The notes under the pieces: generated by a model | The model's database searches: none | What the model was told of the DNA's origin: nothing | Seen by the model: only the letters and a program-made list of their open reading frames with translations | In this document: piece by piece, positions 51,332-63,689 of the stretch | Layout: each line of letters begins with the position of its first letter | Position numbering within the stretch: position 1 is the first letter of the stretch | Program-made: the position numbers and the translations under genes | From: Octopus bimaculoides | Taxonomy: Eukaryota | Length of the DNA stretch: 64,000 nt | Assembly (NCBI RefSeq): GCF_001194135.2 | Contig: NC_068992.1 | Location: forward strand, 7,950,762 to 8,014,761 | Reading direction: 5' to 3'

Positions 51332-51546
51332 AAAGTCGGCGAGCTGGCAGAATCGTTAGCGTGTCGGGCAAAATACTTGAGCGGTACTTCGCCTGTCTTT
51401 ACATTCTGAGTTCAAATGCCGCTGGGGTCAACTTTGCCCTTCATCCTTTCGGAGTTGATAAATTAAGTACCAGCGAGACACTGGGGCCGATGTAATTAAC
51501 TGCTCCCCTCCCACGAGATTTCAGGCCTTGTGCCTATGGAAGAAAG
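51332..51546 (+). mobile_element. tRNA-derived SINE family B with 15-bp TSD
   Basis: cggcgagctggcagaa head; gactttgcc.ttcatcctttcgg.gt.gataaat..agtaccag core; TSD gatttgattgttctg at 51317-51331 and 51547-51561. Confidence 0.9.
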
Positions 51547-51595
51547 GATTTGATTGTTCTGGTCTTAACATCAGTTGGTAAGAATAGAAGTCATT

Positions 51596-51829
51596 CTAAA
51601 GGCGGCGAGCTGGCAGAAACGTTAGCATGCCGGGCGAAACGCTTAGCGGTATTTCGTCTGCCGTTACGCTCTGAGTTCAAATTCCGCCGAGGTCGACTTT
51701 GCCTTTCATCCTTTCGGGGTCGATAAATTGAGTACCAGTTACGCACTGGGGTCGATGTAATGGACTTAATCCCTTTGTCTGTCCTTGTTTGTCCCCTCTA
51801 TGTTTAGCTCCTTGTGGGCAATAAACAAA
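51596..51829 (+). mobile_element. SINE family B with 17-bp TSD
   Basis: TSD taagaatagaagtcatt at 51579-51595 and 51830-51846. Older copies at about 16680-16890, 25830-26030(-), 48415-48590(-), 59215-59380 and 63715-63910(-). Confidence 0.9.
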
Positions 51830-52399
51830 TAAGAATAGAAGTCATTTGACGACACCATTTTGTTTGTAATTGGCAATCGTGTTGCAGGTTCAATCCGAGA
51901 AATATATTGAAATAATACTCATCTTGTCCATTCCACAGAATAAGATTATACTGGAGAGCATCATAAGAGGGATGCGTCTGTGAAACACGTTTAAGGTTGT
52001 TATCTTGAACACGAATAAGAATATCATGATTTTCAATGGGATGACCAAAGGATTTCTATCTTGTTCATCTCAGCCACATGTGTATAACCAAAATAATTCA
52101 GCACTGAATATATTCCGGTTTAATATTTATCAATTAAATGTAGGTATAAGATTTTAGTAGCCAGCGTGTAAAACTAATTAAGGTAAAAAATTAATACTAA
52201 GTTTATTATGTTTTAAAATACGTTATGACATTAAGGGCAATTACTATAAGTAAAGCCACACGCTGGAAAGGGACTTTATAGCGTGTTACAGCGCTGACCA
52301 TGAAATCGTTCCGATATTCAACTGAACCTTTTTAAAAGTATTTTGTCTTTGTTCATTTCTTCGATTTCAGCGCGTGTGTATATTTTGATAAAGTAGTTT

Positions 52400-52598
52400 G
52401 ACTCCTGACAGTGAAAGCGGATATAGAACTCGTTTCCAGCCCTCGTGTCTTTGGCGTTCATCGTTGGAACCGGGAATGGCTTCAACACGCAGCAGAATCA
52501 GCCACCGACAGTCGTGCATGGACTACCTTGATCCAAGACGCGACGAACTCAATAGGAGCCGGCTTAACCCATCCCGGGTGGATGCCATTACAAAATAA
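52400..52598 (+). mobile_element. 3' tip of a different RTE LINE
   Basis: WLQHAAESATDSRAWTTLIQDATNSIGAGLTHPGWMPLQ resembles RTE ORF C-termini. Confidence 0.5.
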
Positions 52599-52633
52599 GA
52601 TATATAGACTTGCATACACACGTACACATACAC

Positions 52634-52689
<56 letters not shown>

Positions 52690-53119
52690 GGAAGGGTCTA
52701 GAGCAACTGATGATCTAACCTAGTAGGTACGGTGTGTGAGCGTTGTAATTGGTCAATGGCTAGGATCCAAGTTCACAATGGGGGCTGGAGCTGGACATCC
52801 GTAGACTACTTCCGAGTCAGCGGGAATAAATTAAATGAAGACGAAAAAAAAAAAAAGGCAGGACAAGCTTATCGCATCCATTACCTGGAATACCCCAGAA
52901 ACAGCTGTAAGACATTATTATTTACTTTTACTTTCGCTTCGATTCACCGTTATAACTTACCTATTTTAAATGATCTGTTGAGCTTTTTTTTGTTTTCCTC
53001 TTCCTTTAATATACATACAGGAGTGGCTGTGTGGTAAGTAGCTAAAATTGTAAGGCGGTGCCCCAGTATGGCCACAGTCTAATGACTGAAACAAGAAAAG
53101 ATAACCTATGCATATATAT

Positions 53120-53485
53120 GATCTTTTCACTTTCACACCCTAACCCTAAAACCCCAACCTTAACCCTCTAACCCTAAAGCTAAAACTAGTACAGACGCAC
53201 GAACGATGTCATAAATAACAGTGACAAATGAAATACACACCGCCGATGGTTGTTGTTGACAAACAACGGCAGTAATTTTATTCAGCTGAATACACGTTAT
53301 TGATTGGTTGAAATTACCGAAATACGACAACTTTAACACGAAATAATTTCGTAAATAGAAACTTTTCTCAACAACACTAAGAGTAAAAGATGCTTTATAT
53401 GACACATTCTACCAGTGTCCGAAGTCTGAAAGTGTTTAGTTACAAAAAATTAATTTCTTGATCTGCCGTTCAAAGGGAAAAGATC
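53120..53485. mobile_element. Short-TIR non-autonomous element carrying degenerate (CCCTAA)n
   Basis: gatcttttc.cttt at the left end and aaagggaaaagatc at the right end; ccctaaccctaa-type repeats at 53137-53177. Confidence 0.45.
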
Positions 53486-53729
53486 CTATTCCAAGAAATG
53501 GCTCTTGATTAGTTTGCTCCGTTCTCTTTTACTTGTTTCAGTCATTTGACTGCGGCCATGCTGGAGCACCGGCTTTAGTTGAGAAAATCGACCCCAGGAC
53601 TTATTCTTTGTAAGCCTAGTACTTATTCTATCGGTCTTTTTTTTTGCCGAACCGCTAAGTTACGGAGACGTAAACACACCAGCATCGGTTGTCAAGCGAT
53701 GGGGGGGGGGAACAAACACAGACACACAA

Positions 53730-53772
<43 letters not shown>

Positions 53773-54816
53773 TTAGGGACAAAATCCAAAATTACAGGTN
53801 NNNNNNNNNNNNNNNNNNNNNNNNNNNNNNNNNNNNNNNNNNNNNNNNNNNNNNNNNNNNNNNNNNNNNNNNNNNNNNNNNNNNNNNNNNNNNNNNNNNN
53901 NNNNNNNNNNNNNNNNNNNNNNNNNNNNNNNNNNNNNNNNNNNNNNNNNNNNNNNNNNNNNNNNNNNNNNNNNNNNNNNNNNNNNNNNNNNNNNNNNNNN
54001 NNNNNNNNNNNNNNNNNNNNNNNNNNNNNNNNNNNNNNNNNNNNNNNNNNNNNNNNNNNNNNNNNNNNNNNNNNNNNNNNNNNNNNNNNNNNNNNNNNNN
54101 NNNNNNNNNNNNNNNNNNNNNNNNNNNNNNNNNNNNNNNNNNNNNNNNNNNNNNNNNNNNNNNNNNNNNNNNNNNNNNNNNNNNNNNNNNNNNNNNNNNN
54201 NNNNNNNNNNNNNNNNNNNNNNNNNNNNNNNNNNNNNNNNNNNNNNNNNNNNNNNNNNNNNNNNNNNNNNNNNNNNNNNNNNNNNNNNNNNNNNNNNNNN
54301 NNNNNNNNNNNNNNNNNNNNNNNNNNNNNNNNNNNNNNNNNNNNNNNNNNNNNNNNNNNNNNNNNNNNNNNNNNNNNNNNNNNNNNNNNNNNNNNNNNNN
54401 NNNNNNNNNNNNNNNNNNNNNNNNNNNNNNNATATATATATACATATATACGACGGGCTTCTTTCAGTTTCCGTCTACCAAATCCACTCATAAAGCTTTG
54501 GTCGGCCCGAGGCTATAGTAGAAGACACTTGCCCAAGGTGCCACGCAGTGAGGCCAAACCCGGAACCATGTGGTTGGTAAGCAAGCTACTTACCACACAG
54601 CCACTCCTGCACGTATGTTAGTCATTTTTCTTTATACCGCCACTACCACTTTGAATAATCGTAATTTCTAAAGTATTCATTTCTGCAGTTAACACCTCAG
54701 TTAACACCTCTGCATTCGATTCGTTTTTTACTAGTGGTTACACGTTCTCGACTTTCCTCTATTCATTTCAAAGGACACTTGAAAATTCTCATGTGAAGAC
54801 ATAGCCTCTCAGCAAC

Positions 54817-55108
54817 ATGTATTTAAACCTTCATCGCAGCAGTAATCTATTGCTCTGCTCTCTGCTTCTACTCGTGTGTGTGCGAACGTCATATCTTATG
54901 AACTATCCAATTTATCCTTGTACTTCAAACGAACCGACAAAATGGGATAGACACTCCGAAAACTGTAACAAGTTTTACTTCTGCTTTTTCGGTCAACCGA
55001 TCTTAACGTCAGCGTGTCCATCTGATCATGTATGGTCTATAGGTAGTTCAGACTGTGTTCAGATCAATTCATCTCTGAACGACTGTCAGCAAACACCAGT
55101 CAGGAAGA
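54817..55108 (+). CDS. Multi-ChtBD2 (peritrophin-A/CBM14) secreted protein, exon 1: signal peptide plus domain 1
   Basis: ATG at 54817; hydrophobic LLLCSLLLLVCV; C..C..FYFC..C..VW..C pattern; donor A|gtaagt at 55109 (phase 1). Confidence 0.85.
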
Positions 55109-57047
55109 GTAAGTCGATTTTTATCATTATCAGCATTGATTTCACTGGTGTCCCAGGTCAGACCTATTCGAGCAGACTTCTGATCAAAAACATTCAGTCA
55201 TTATCATTCCTTTTTCTAGTCATTTGAATTACATTAGCTAATGTGTATTTTTTGTTTCGAGATGATGAAGTGTGAGATTGAAGGAGATTTCTACCATGTT
55301 GAGTAATTGTTGCCTTGGTTAGTCGTGGTGGTTAAAAACGTGGCTTCGAAACTCTTTAGCGTAAACTTTATGCTTCCATAGCTGATAAAGACCTTTAATC
55401 TTAAAAAACAAAAAAAACAGTCAGTACATGACTTTAGTCCAAAACGTTTTAATCTGTATTGATCTCGTTCTGTTGTTTCGACGTACCTATATACCTACAA
55501 CTATATACCTACAACGATATACCTACAACGATATACCTACCTTGCGACGTACCTATATACCTACATTTTGTTTCTTTATAACTCCCAGAAAAAGCCATTG
55601 TTTTTTGTAATGAAATTTTCTACAAATTATGCCTCAGTTGGTGCAAATTCTGATTACATCAGAATTTGTTTGGAAAAAATTTTCTGAAGGTGGGAGGGGG
55701 AGTTTCTGAAAATTCACAAAAGTCAGTTTTGTTTCCTCATAACTTTCAGAAAAAGGAGTATTTTTTAAATGAAATTTTCTAAAACATACCTTTCAGATGG
55801 TGTAGATTACGACTGTATCCGAGTTTAATATGAAATGAAAAAAAAAAAAAAAAAATGTGTGGACTCGCACACATACATACTGACTTCACAATTTATCTCA
55901 AAGTTTCAAGTTTTATTTTGTGATGTGTGTTACTATGTATGTGTGCAAGCCCACCAATTTTGTTTTCATATTAAATTCCGATATAATCATAAAAAATATT
56001 CGTTTTTCGGAAAGTTATGGGTAAGTAAAGCTCACTCATGTAAATCTTCCTGAACTCCTAACTCCACCCTAGGAAAAAACTTTTCGCAACAAAGGACTGG
56101 GCAGGTCACAATACAACGATCCTGTTATGCATGACAAAACACAGAACGGTAGCTAATCAGTACCTAGAGTGGTACCTCAGAGACTGGCTGCATCAGTTAA
56201 GGGATCTTGAAGATAATGATTTCCACTTCAATGATCAGATGTTTACAAGTTGTACAATATGATTTGTAAACATCCAATCATTAAAGAAGAAAATAAGGAC
56301 CAAAAACGTAATTCTTATTAATTTTTACAAATAACTATATAATAATCTACTTGTTCATTCACCCATTATACTTTACTTAGTTAGAGAGGTGGAGGTAGAG
56401 TGAGTGAGAGGTGGGGTAAGAGTGTGTGTGCGTGTGTGAGTAGAGAAAAAGGAAGTGAAGAAGAAGTAGAGAAAGAGGTATAATAAGGCAAATGTGTTAT
56501 GTGGTTAGTTGAAGGGAGAGGCAAAGAGTGAGAGAAAAAGACAGTAAGAGAAAAGTGTTAACAACGTGCTGTAGGATGGGAAGGGAAAGGTAAAGAGGAG
56601 ATATGTTTAGGATACAACATTTAACAGAGGGTAATGTTCTGGTGGTGAGATTAAATAAGAAGGAGAGGCAGTTATACTAAGCGAGAGAGTTAGTGGAAGT
56701 GAAAGGTGAAGAGAAGGAGAGAAATGTTAAAGACATGAAGATGGGAATTACATGGTTAAAAAGTTTGTTGAAGAAGTGGAGAGAAAGAGAGAAATATAAA
56801 GTGTATAGTAGAAGGAAATTAAAATATATCATTGGAAGTGAAATACTTAGCAAAATGAAAATAAAAATACAAATCATCCTTTCTTTCTTAAACAGTTTCT
56901 CTTAATCATTTTCATTCTGTGGAATTTCCACGGGTCCCATTTGTACATTATTGTACCAGGAAGTTTCTGCTTCTATTTCTATTATGCATGCATACATACA
57001 TACATACATACATACATACATACAACTATATATATGTATTGTGTATA

Positions 57048-57626
57048 CAAAGTGGCCCAAAAGTAGGTTTACAGTTATTCAGCTATCACTTTCTCATTCA
57101 TATATTAATGGTTTAGATTTTAATTACAAAAAAATATGAAACCATTATTTTATGCTAATTTAGTTAATTTTGTCAAGCTCCCTTTTCAGTTTGTAATTGT
57201 TTTTGTTTTTACCAAAATCTGGACACCTTAAGACTTCTGTGACTAAAACAAAATGAGATGTTATTGGCTATGACATTTGTGAACAGTCCAAAGAAGCCCA
57301 CACAACGTGCTTCTCTAGAACTATCCATATCAAGAACATCATTGTGACACCTATGCATAAGCTGAAATTAAAACCTTTCGGTCCACGACTGGTACATAGT
57401 GCCAGAGTGTTCTGAAGAGGTTTGAAGAATGTTGCAATGTTGAAGGAGGACATTTTGAGCATCTGAGAGATTAAACATTGTCTGTTTAAGATGTGCATAG
57501 ACAATATGATTGTAAGATAGAATAGAAGCAGAAACAGAAACTTCCTGGTACAATTTAAATGCAATGTTTTAAGAGAAATTTAAAGTGCCTATGTGATAAT
57601 TGTAAACCTACTTTTGGGTCACCCTG
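57048..57626. mobile_element. Internally deleted Tc1/mariner element in ChtBD2 gene intron 1
   Basis: ~30-bp TIRs ca.gtg.cccaaaagtaggtttaca.tt; C-terminal remnant EECCNVEGGHFEHL on the + strand. Confidence 0.7.
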
Positions 57627-57679
57627 TTTATCTATGTATACACCCATACATATATTTGTCTAATTTTTTTCTTTTACAG

Positions 57680-57871
57680 ATTTTTCATGCTCAAATTATA
57701 ACGGGCTCATACCATATAATGCCAACTGCAACTGGTATTACAACTGCAGCTCAAACAAACCAGATTTAATCCGTCAATGCCCTTTCCCTCAACTTTTCAA
57801 TGATGTACAATTAAAATGTGATGACATCCCAAATGTCAACTGTGGTAACCGTTTCGAACCTTTTGATGGAT
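57680..57871 (+). CDS. Multi-ChtBD2 protein exon 2 (FSCSNYNGLIPYNANCNWYYNC...CPFPQLFNDVQLKCDDIPNVNCGNRFEPFDG)
   Basis: ttttacag| acceptor and T|gtaagt donor; 192 nt, phase 1-1; open frame with a six-Cys ChtBD2 pattern. Missed by the ORF track. Confidence 0.9.
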
Positions 57872-58457
57872 GTAAGTATGTGTTGTTGTTGTTGTTCTTA
57901 TTGCATTGTTGCTACTGTTTCTGTATTCATTGTTGCTCTTGATGTTGTGTAGCCCACAAGGAAACCCAAATTGAACAGACTTATGAAACAACCCATTATA
58001 TCTGCAGATTCATTGCTACACATATCCCAGATTTCTATTAAATTGTTACTATTTTCTAAACCCAGGTAAGCTCTGATTTAACAGAACTTTGATCAAAGGT
58101 ATTCCATGTATGACTATCTCATCTATTTCTCAAACACAATGCGCCCAGTCTTACATTATCCAGGTTACATGTCCAAATTTCAAATAGAGAAAAAATTGTA
58201 GTCAACACATGCATAGGCTAAATCAGTGGTTCTCAATTAAGGTTCATATAACCACTGAAGGTCCATAGATTTTTAAGGGTTCCTGCAACAAAATAGTAAA
58301 TCGAGGATCCACAATAGTATTGTAAGGGTCCCTGAAAAATTCATATTCTGCCTAGGTCGACTTTGCCTTTCATCCTTTTGCGGTCAATAAAATAAGTACC
58401 AGTTTCACTGGCCCCCTTCCTCCAAAAAATTTTCAAGGTCTTGTGCTTAGAGTAGAA

Positions 58458-58487
<30 letters not shown>

Positions 58488-58490
<3 letters not shown>

Positions 58491-59115
58491 TAGTTTTATT
58501 TTTATAACGTGCTTTCACTTCACTACCGAGCGCAGCTCTGTGCGCCTTGGGTATGTGCTGTGGTTTGCTGTGGTGCTCTTATGTTTACTGTATTGAAAGT
58601 GTTTTGCGTAGAATGTGTGCAGTACCCAGTAGTGCAATTTTCTGTATGTTATATATATTTGTAAGTCCTGGTGTTTTTGTTATGTATTTGTCTGAATATT
58701 TTTTTATTATACCTAAGGCACCTACTATGATAGGAATTGTTTCTGTTTTTAGATTCCACATTCGAGTTATCTCTATTTCCAGGTCTTTGTATTTTGAAAG
58801 TTTTTCNNNNNNNNNNTTTAGAGAAACGTTGTCATCTGCTGGTATTGATACATCAATTAGAAAGCATTTTTTTTTCTTCATGATCTTTGACAACTATATC
58901 TGGTCTATTTGCCTTAATTTCTCTATCTGTGTGTATTGGCATATCCAAGAGTATGGTTGCTTTCTCGTTTTCTGTGACCTTTTCTGGCGTGTGTTTATAC
59001 CATCTTTTTTTGGTTGTTATTCCATAATGTTGGCATAGCTTCCAGTGTATATAGGTCCCAGCTCTGTCGTGTCTGTGAATATATTCCTTCTTAGCCAGGA
59101 CTGGGCAGCCAGAGA

Positions 59116-59116
<1 letters not shown>
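58488..59116 (-). mobile_element. 5'-truncated R4/Dong-type (RLE) non-LTR retrotransposon inside a (TAA)n tract
   Basis: SGCPVLAKKEYIHRHD..YIHWKLC; RPDIVV; LIDVSIP..EKLSKYKDL..RMW..IPIIVGALG..ALLGTAHILRK; (ATT)n at 58458-58487 and 59115-59165. Confidence 0.88.
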
Positions 59117-59157
<41 letters not shown>

Positions 59158-59482
59158 TATTATTAAGCAACTTAAGGCATTGAGTTGGTAGAAATACGAG
59201 TGCATTGGACAAAATAACGTAGTAGCATTTTTAAAGCTCTTTTCATGCTGAGTTCAAATCCCACTGAGGTCAACTTTGCCTTTCATTTTTTTGTGAGTTG
59301 ATTAGATAATGTACCAGTCATGTACTGGGGTTGATGTAATCGACTATCCCTATCCCTTTGAAATTACTGGACTTGTGAAAAAATTTAGTAAAATTACTAT
59401 TATTTTGTAATTTAATAGATTCTCTCTTGAAATTTAACTGAAGTATTTTGTTCTTTACTGTTTCGTTTCTTTCCACGTTAAG

Positions 59483-60467
59483 GTGATTACTCTGGTTTCA
59501 CTTGTAAGCGTTCTCACTGCAGACCTTGCATAAGAGACACTACATGTCTGGGCCTGCCTGATGGAAATTACACACGAGAAAGAATGTTTCCTTCCGGAGC
59601 ATATATTACCTGCTATTTCGAAAGACTCATTGCTTACCATTCATGCTCAAGACCACCTTTATTTTCACCTAGTGAAGATAAGTGTGTTGAGTACCTCGAT
59701 CTTCGGAAAGAAGAAGGAGGAGTGAGACCCGACTGTACATTTCGTGCTGATGGATACTACCCTGATGAAATAGGCCGCTGTGATCACTACTTCCAGTGTA
59801 ACAACACTAAATTTCAAGGTTACACTCCATGCAGTAGTGGAATGACCTTCAATCCTGTTTCAAAGACATGCCAATCACCAGATCAAGTTTCTCCCCCATG
59901 TGGATCAGGTAATCCACCAAGCTGTGTGGGGAGACAGGATGGTTTATATGCTGACTTAGGTGGCAGTTGTACATATTATTTTGTGTGCAACCAATCTGCC
60001 TTCCAGGAATTTCGTACTTGTTCTATGAAGGATGCTTTCAACCCTTATCTGCGTAGGTGTGTAGAGGGAATCGGATCACAAATCAAACCATGCGGTATTC
60101 AAGACAATCCTTGTCAAAATCGTTTGACTGGCTTTTATCTTTATAATTCTTCAAGCTCCCAGTATTATGAATGCCATGAAGGATTGTTTATTTATTTTGG
60201 AACATGTCCAGAGGGTCAGACCTTCAACATTTCATCAAAACAATGTGAGAAAGCAGAAATGCAAGATATTTGTGTAAACAAAACTGATGGACGCTACAAA
60301 TCACCAGAAGCAGAATGCTTTGCCTTCTATGAATGCAGTCAACAGAAGTTCCTTGGGTTGACCCAGTGTACTAATCAACTGAATGGAACACGATTCAATT
60401 CCCTTACGGGAACATGTGACCAGCCACAAAATGTATGTCCACCATGCGGTTCCAAATCATTTGATTG
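59483..60467 (+). CDS. Multi-ChtBD2 protein exon 3 (CDYSGFTCKRSHCRPC linker plus five ChtBD2-like domains)
   Basis: cgttaag| acceptor restores T|GT (Cys), in frame with ORF 59584-60498. Repeated C-x-x-x-x-DG-x-Y ... C ... Y-F-x-C ... C ... FNP ... C units; donor TG|gtatgt at 60468. Confidence 0.9.
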
Positions 60468-60877
60468 GTATGTATTATTTCCTAATAGTTTTATATAATC
60501 TAACAGCTTTTATTTGTATTTTCTGCTGAAATGCATTTTTGCCCCAAGAATTTCTTGATTCGTTCTTAGTTATTTTGGGAACAAAGGTATTTAGTATTGA
60601 TCTTCCCCCTTGATACAAACAATCTCTTCAGGATTAAAATTGCATTTCCTTTCTGATTCAAATCACCATCCCTTCTTTATTCGAATTGCTTTTCCTCCCT
60701 GATTTGGTTCCAAAGAAAGTGCTGGTGGTTCAAGATGCTCTTGAATATGTGAATTACTAAACATTTGTATCAAACTTTTGTCTCAAATTCTACTCATTCT
60801 TGCTTGGTCTGCCAGAGAGCAGTGAAAATCCTTAAATCACACCCTACCATTTTCATAAACACACACATACAAACATA

Positions 60878-60894
60878 TACTACTGCTGCTGCTG

Positions 60895-60941
<47 letters not shown>

Positions 60942-60942
60942 G

Positions 60943-60983
<41 letters not shown>
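60878..60983. repeat. Compound (CTG)(CTA)n(TAA)n microsatellite in ChtBD2 gene intron 3
   Basis: Direct reading. Many other (TA)n, (CA)n and (CT)n tracts occur throughout (e.g. 1635-1690, 6705-6760, 7055-7114, 27079-27155, 50140-50310). Confidence 0.95.
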
Positions 60984-60985
<2 letters not shown>

Positions 60986-61021
60986 TAGTATCAAAATCTT
61001 CTTTATCCTTTTCTTTTGCAG

Positions 61022-61058
61022 CCCTTCATACTATGAAAGCACTACTAGTGTCCCATAA
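61022..61058 (+). CDS. Multi-ChtBD2 protein exon 4, terminal (CPSYYESTTSVP*)
   Basis: ttcttttgcag| acceptor gives TG|C (Cys); TAA at 61056-61058. Total CDS is 1506 nt = 501 aa plus stop; AATAAA at 61405. Confidence 0.7.
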
Positions 61059-61914
61059 TCCAGATGAACAAAGAATATATATTACCAAACATTGGTACTA
61101 CACTGAAAAAGATATCTTTTATGACAGATTCACTTTCATGGTGGAAGTGATAAAAGCCATCACTTACTTTTGTGTTTTTGTTTTTCTCTCTTAAATTTTT
61201 ACCTTTTATCCACTTTTTTTTTAATTTTTGGGAAATATATTTTGGCATTTAACATTTTTGGGATCTTTTCTGTTTGGCAGTCACTTTCCAATTTCTTCAA
61301 TTTTTGCTCCAATTTGTTTCATATTTGGTATAATAATGTATGGTAACCATTGACATTTGTATGGTAATCATTGTCATGAAATTCATGTTTGCTATAAATC
61401 AGTAAATAAAGAGTTAATAACTTTTAAATTTTTCAAATTTTAGGTAATTTTAGCCAATTGTAAACAACAGACATATAAGTGCCAGTTTCTATAGTAACAA
61501 TCCAAGATGTTACCAGGCTGTACCCATGTGGTCATTTTTAGCTTATTAAATGCTAAAACCATATGAGGTATGAGGGGGTCATGAAATGTGCTAAAAATAA
61601 TAGCTAAATAGGCCTTAAATCATGCACCAAAACTCTATTTGTTTGGTCTTTGCATAATCATATGAATTCCCATGCGCAGAATACAAATTCACAAAAATTT
61701 TCTGAAAATTCCCCAAACTAAAAAATTGATGTGGAGTTATATGGCATGCATAAAGCAGAATTCTGTCGATATTTCATTTGTTTACAGTTGACAACACGTG
61801 CAGTCATGCACAAAATGAGAGCTTCCAAATCCCGTTTTCTGACTGGGTAAAAACAATCAAATTTAAACTACTGTAACTTTTTTTTTTAATTTTTCTGGAA
61901 AAAGTGAAATATGT

Positions 61915-62337
61915 AGGCGCAGGAGTGGCTGTGTGGTAAGTAGCTTGCTTACCAACCACATGGTTCTGGGTTCATTCCCACTGCGTGGCACCTTGGGCAA
62001 GTGTTTTCTACTATAGTCTCGGGTCAACCAAAGCCTTGTGAGTGAATTTGGTAGACGGAAAACTGAAAGAAGCCCGTCGTATATATGTATATGTATATAT
62101 ATATGTATGCATGTGTATATGTTTGTGTGTCTGTGTTTGTTCCCCACCAACATCGCTTGACACCCGATGGATGTGTGTTTACTTTCCCGTAATTTGGCGG
62201 TCCGGCAAAAAGAAACTGATAGAATAAGTACTAGGTTTCCAAAGAATAAGTCCTGGGGTCGATTTGCTCGACTAAAGGCGGTGCTCCAGCAGGGCCATAG
62301 TCAAATGACTGAAACAAGTAAAAGAGTAAAAGAGTAT
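61915..62337 (+). mobile_element. SINE family A, young full-length copy
   Basis: aggcgcaggagtggctgtgtggtaag head, CORE-like block, microsatellite, tail gactgaaacaagtaaaagagtaaaagagta. Confidence 0.9.
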
Positions 62338-62524
62338 CCCTGATCTTCAACATAGAAAATTACATGAATGGACCAAATTTCAAAATTTTCACTAAACTTT
62401 AAAATTTCCACATGGCCAACCAAACAGAATCATTGTAGGTGGGTTACTTCATCCTATATGCATATGAAAGTGATACTAGAGGCCTATCGTTTAGTTATCC
62501 TGTACTGATATGCATAATGTAGAC

Positions 62525-62802
62525 CAGGGGTTTTCAAACTTTTTGACTTACGGACCCCTTTATATTTCAGGCTTTACCTTAGGGACCCCCTTATAAACGC
62601 TTATGAAATTTATACATAAATATTTGCTTAAAAAAACATATATTTTTGCATTTATTTATTTAACAGTATTTAACAAATAGGTTTATTGTCAATTAAAAGA
62701 TTTCGATAAAAAGCATATATAAAATCAAATTGCCCATAAAAAGTATTTGCTGTTTACGGACCCCCTGTCTTGTCCTTGCGGACCACAGTTTGAAAACCCC
62801 TG
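62525..62802. mobile_element. hAT MITE, 278 bp
   Basis: Perfect 16-bp TIR caggggttttcaaact; perfect 8-bp TSD atgtagac at 62517-62524 and 62803-62810. Confidence 0.95.
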
Positions 62803-62819
62803 ATGTAGACAAATGCCTA

Positions 62820-63427
62820 GCCTCATCGTCTGAGTAGAATAGAAGCCTGGAAACTGAACAAGTTAGGAAATACAAGATTTAAATTTTCTCTTGAGAAAAG
62901 ATGCTTAATCAAAGAGAAAGGATTTGGGTCAATCATAGAAGAGTTGAAACAGCATATAATAGCAGTAGCTGGTAAGCTTTCCAGATATCGGAAAAGAATA
63001 GACCAGTAGCAACAGAATAGATTATTTAAGACAAACCAGAAGAGATTTTATAGCCAAATAAATAGTGGAAAAGAAAGTAATGAAAATGAGAAATCTAATG
63101 TAGAAGTTAGAAAGTTTTGGAGTAATATTTGGGATAAGCCAGTCGATCATAATGGAGATGCAGTATGGAAAATGAAGGTGAAGGTAGTACCAATTATTGT
63201 TGGGTCCTTGGGAACAGTATCAGAAGGCATTAAGAGGAATATAAAGGAAATTGGAATAGAGTGCCCAGTAGAACTGATGCAAAAGGTTTGCCTCCTTTGA
63301 ACGGCCAGAATAATCTGGAAAGTATTGATAGTTGAAAAGAACGAATAGCATGGTACTGTAGGCTGCAGGTAGTAAGCCCACTATGCATGTAAGACTACAG
63401 TAGCTCCAAGAAAACCTGTGATAAAGA
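62820..63427 (+). mobile_element. Internally deleted R4/Dong-type element ending in (TAA)n
   Basis: EELKQHIIAVAGKLSRYRKRIDQ*QQNRLFKTNQKRFY..FWSNIWD fused at a TGG (63166) to WKMKVKVVPIIVGSLG..QKVCLL*TARII; (AAT)n from about 63429. Confidence 0.75.
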
Positions 63428-63652
63428 GATAATAATAATAATAATAATAATAATGATAATAATAAACTAGGACTCAGTGTTATATAAATACAAGTTTATT
63501 ACACAATCATTTATCGCATTAAGATAGATACATATTTATATATATACATATACACAAGTCTGTTTTGTTGTAGATTCATACATCAATCACATTTTATATA
63601 AGCAATTTTTCTATTCAGCTGAAACAACCTTTAATAATAATAATAATAATAA

Positions 63653-63689
<37 letters not shown>

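Noticed and set aside
60765-61021. In-frame poly-Thr/poly-Asn extension (mucin-like) of the chitin-binding protein
   Set aside because: Microsatellite in intron 3; the nearest upstream acceptors are either out of phase or create TG|A stop.
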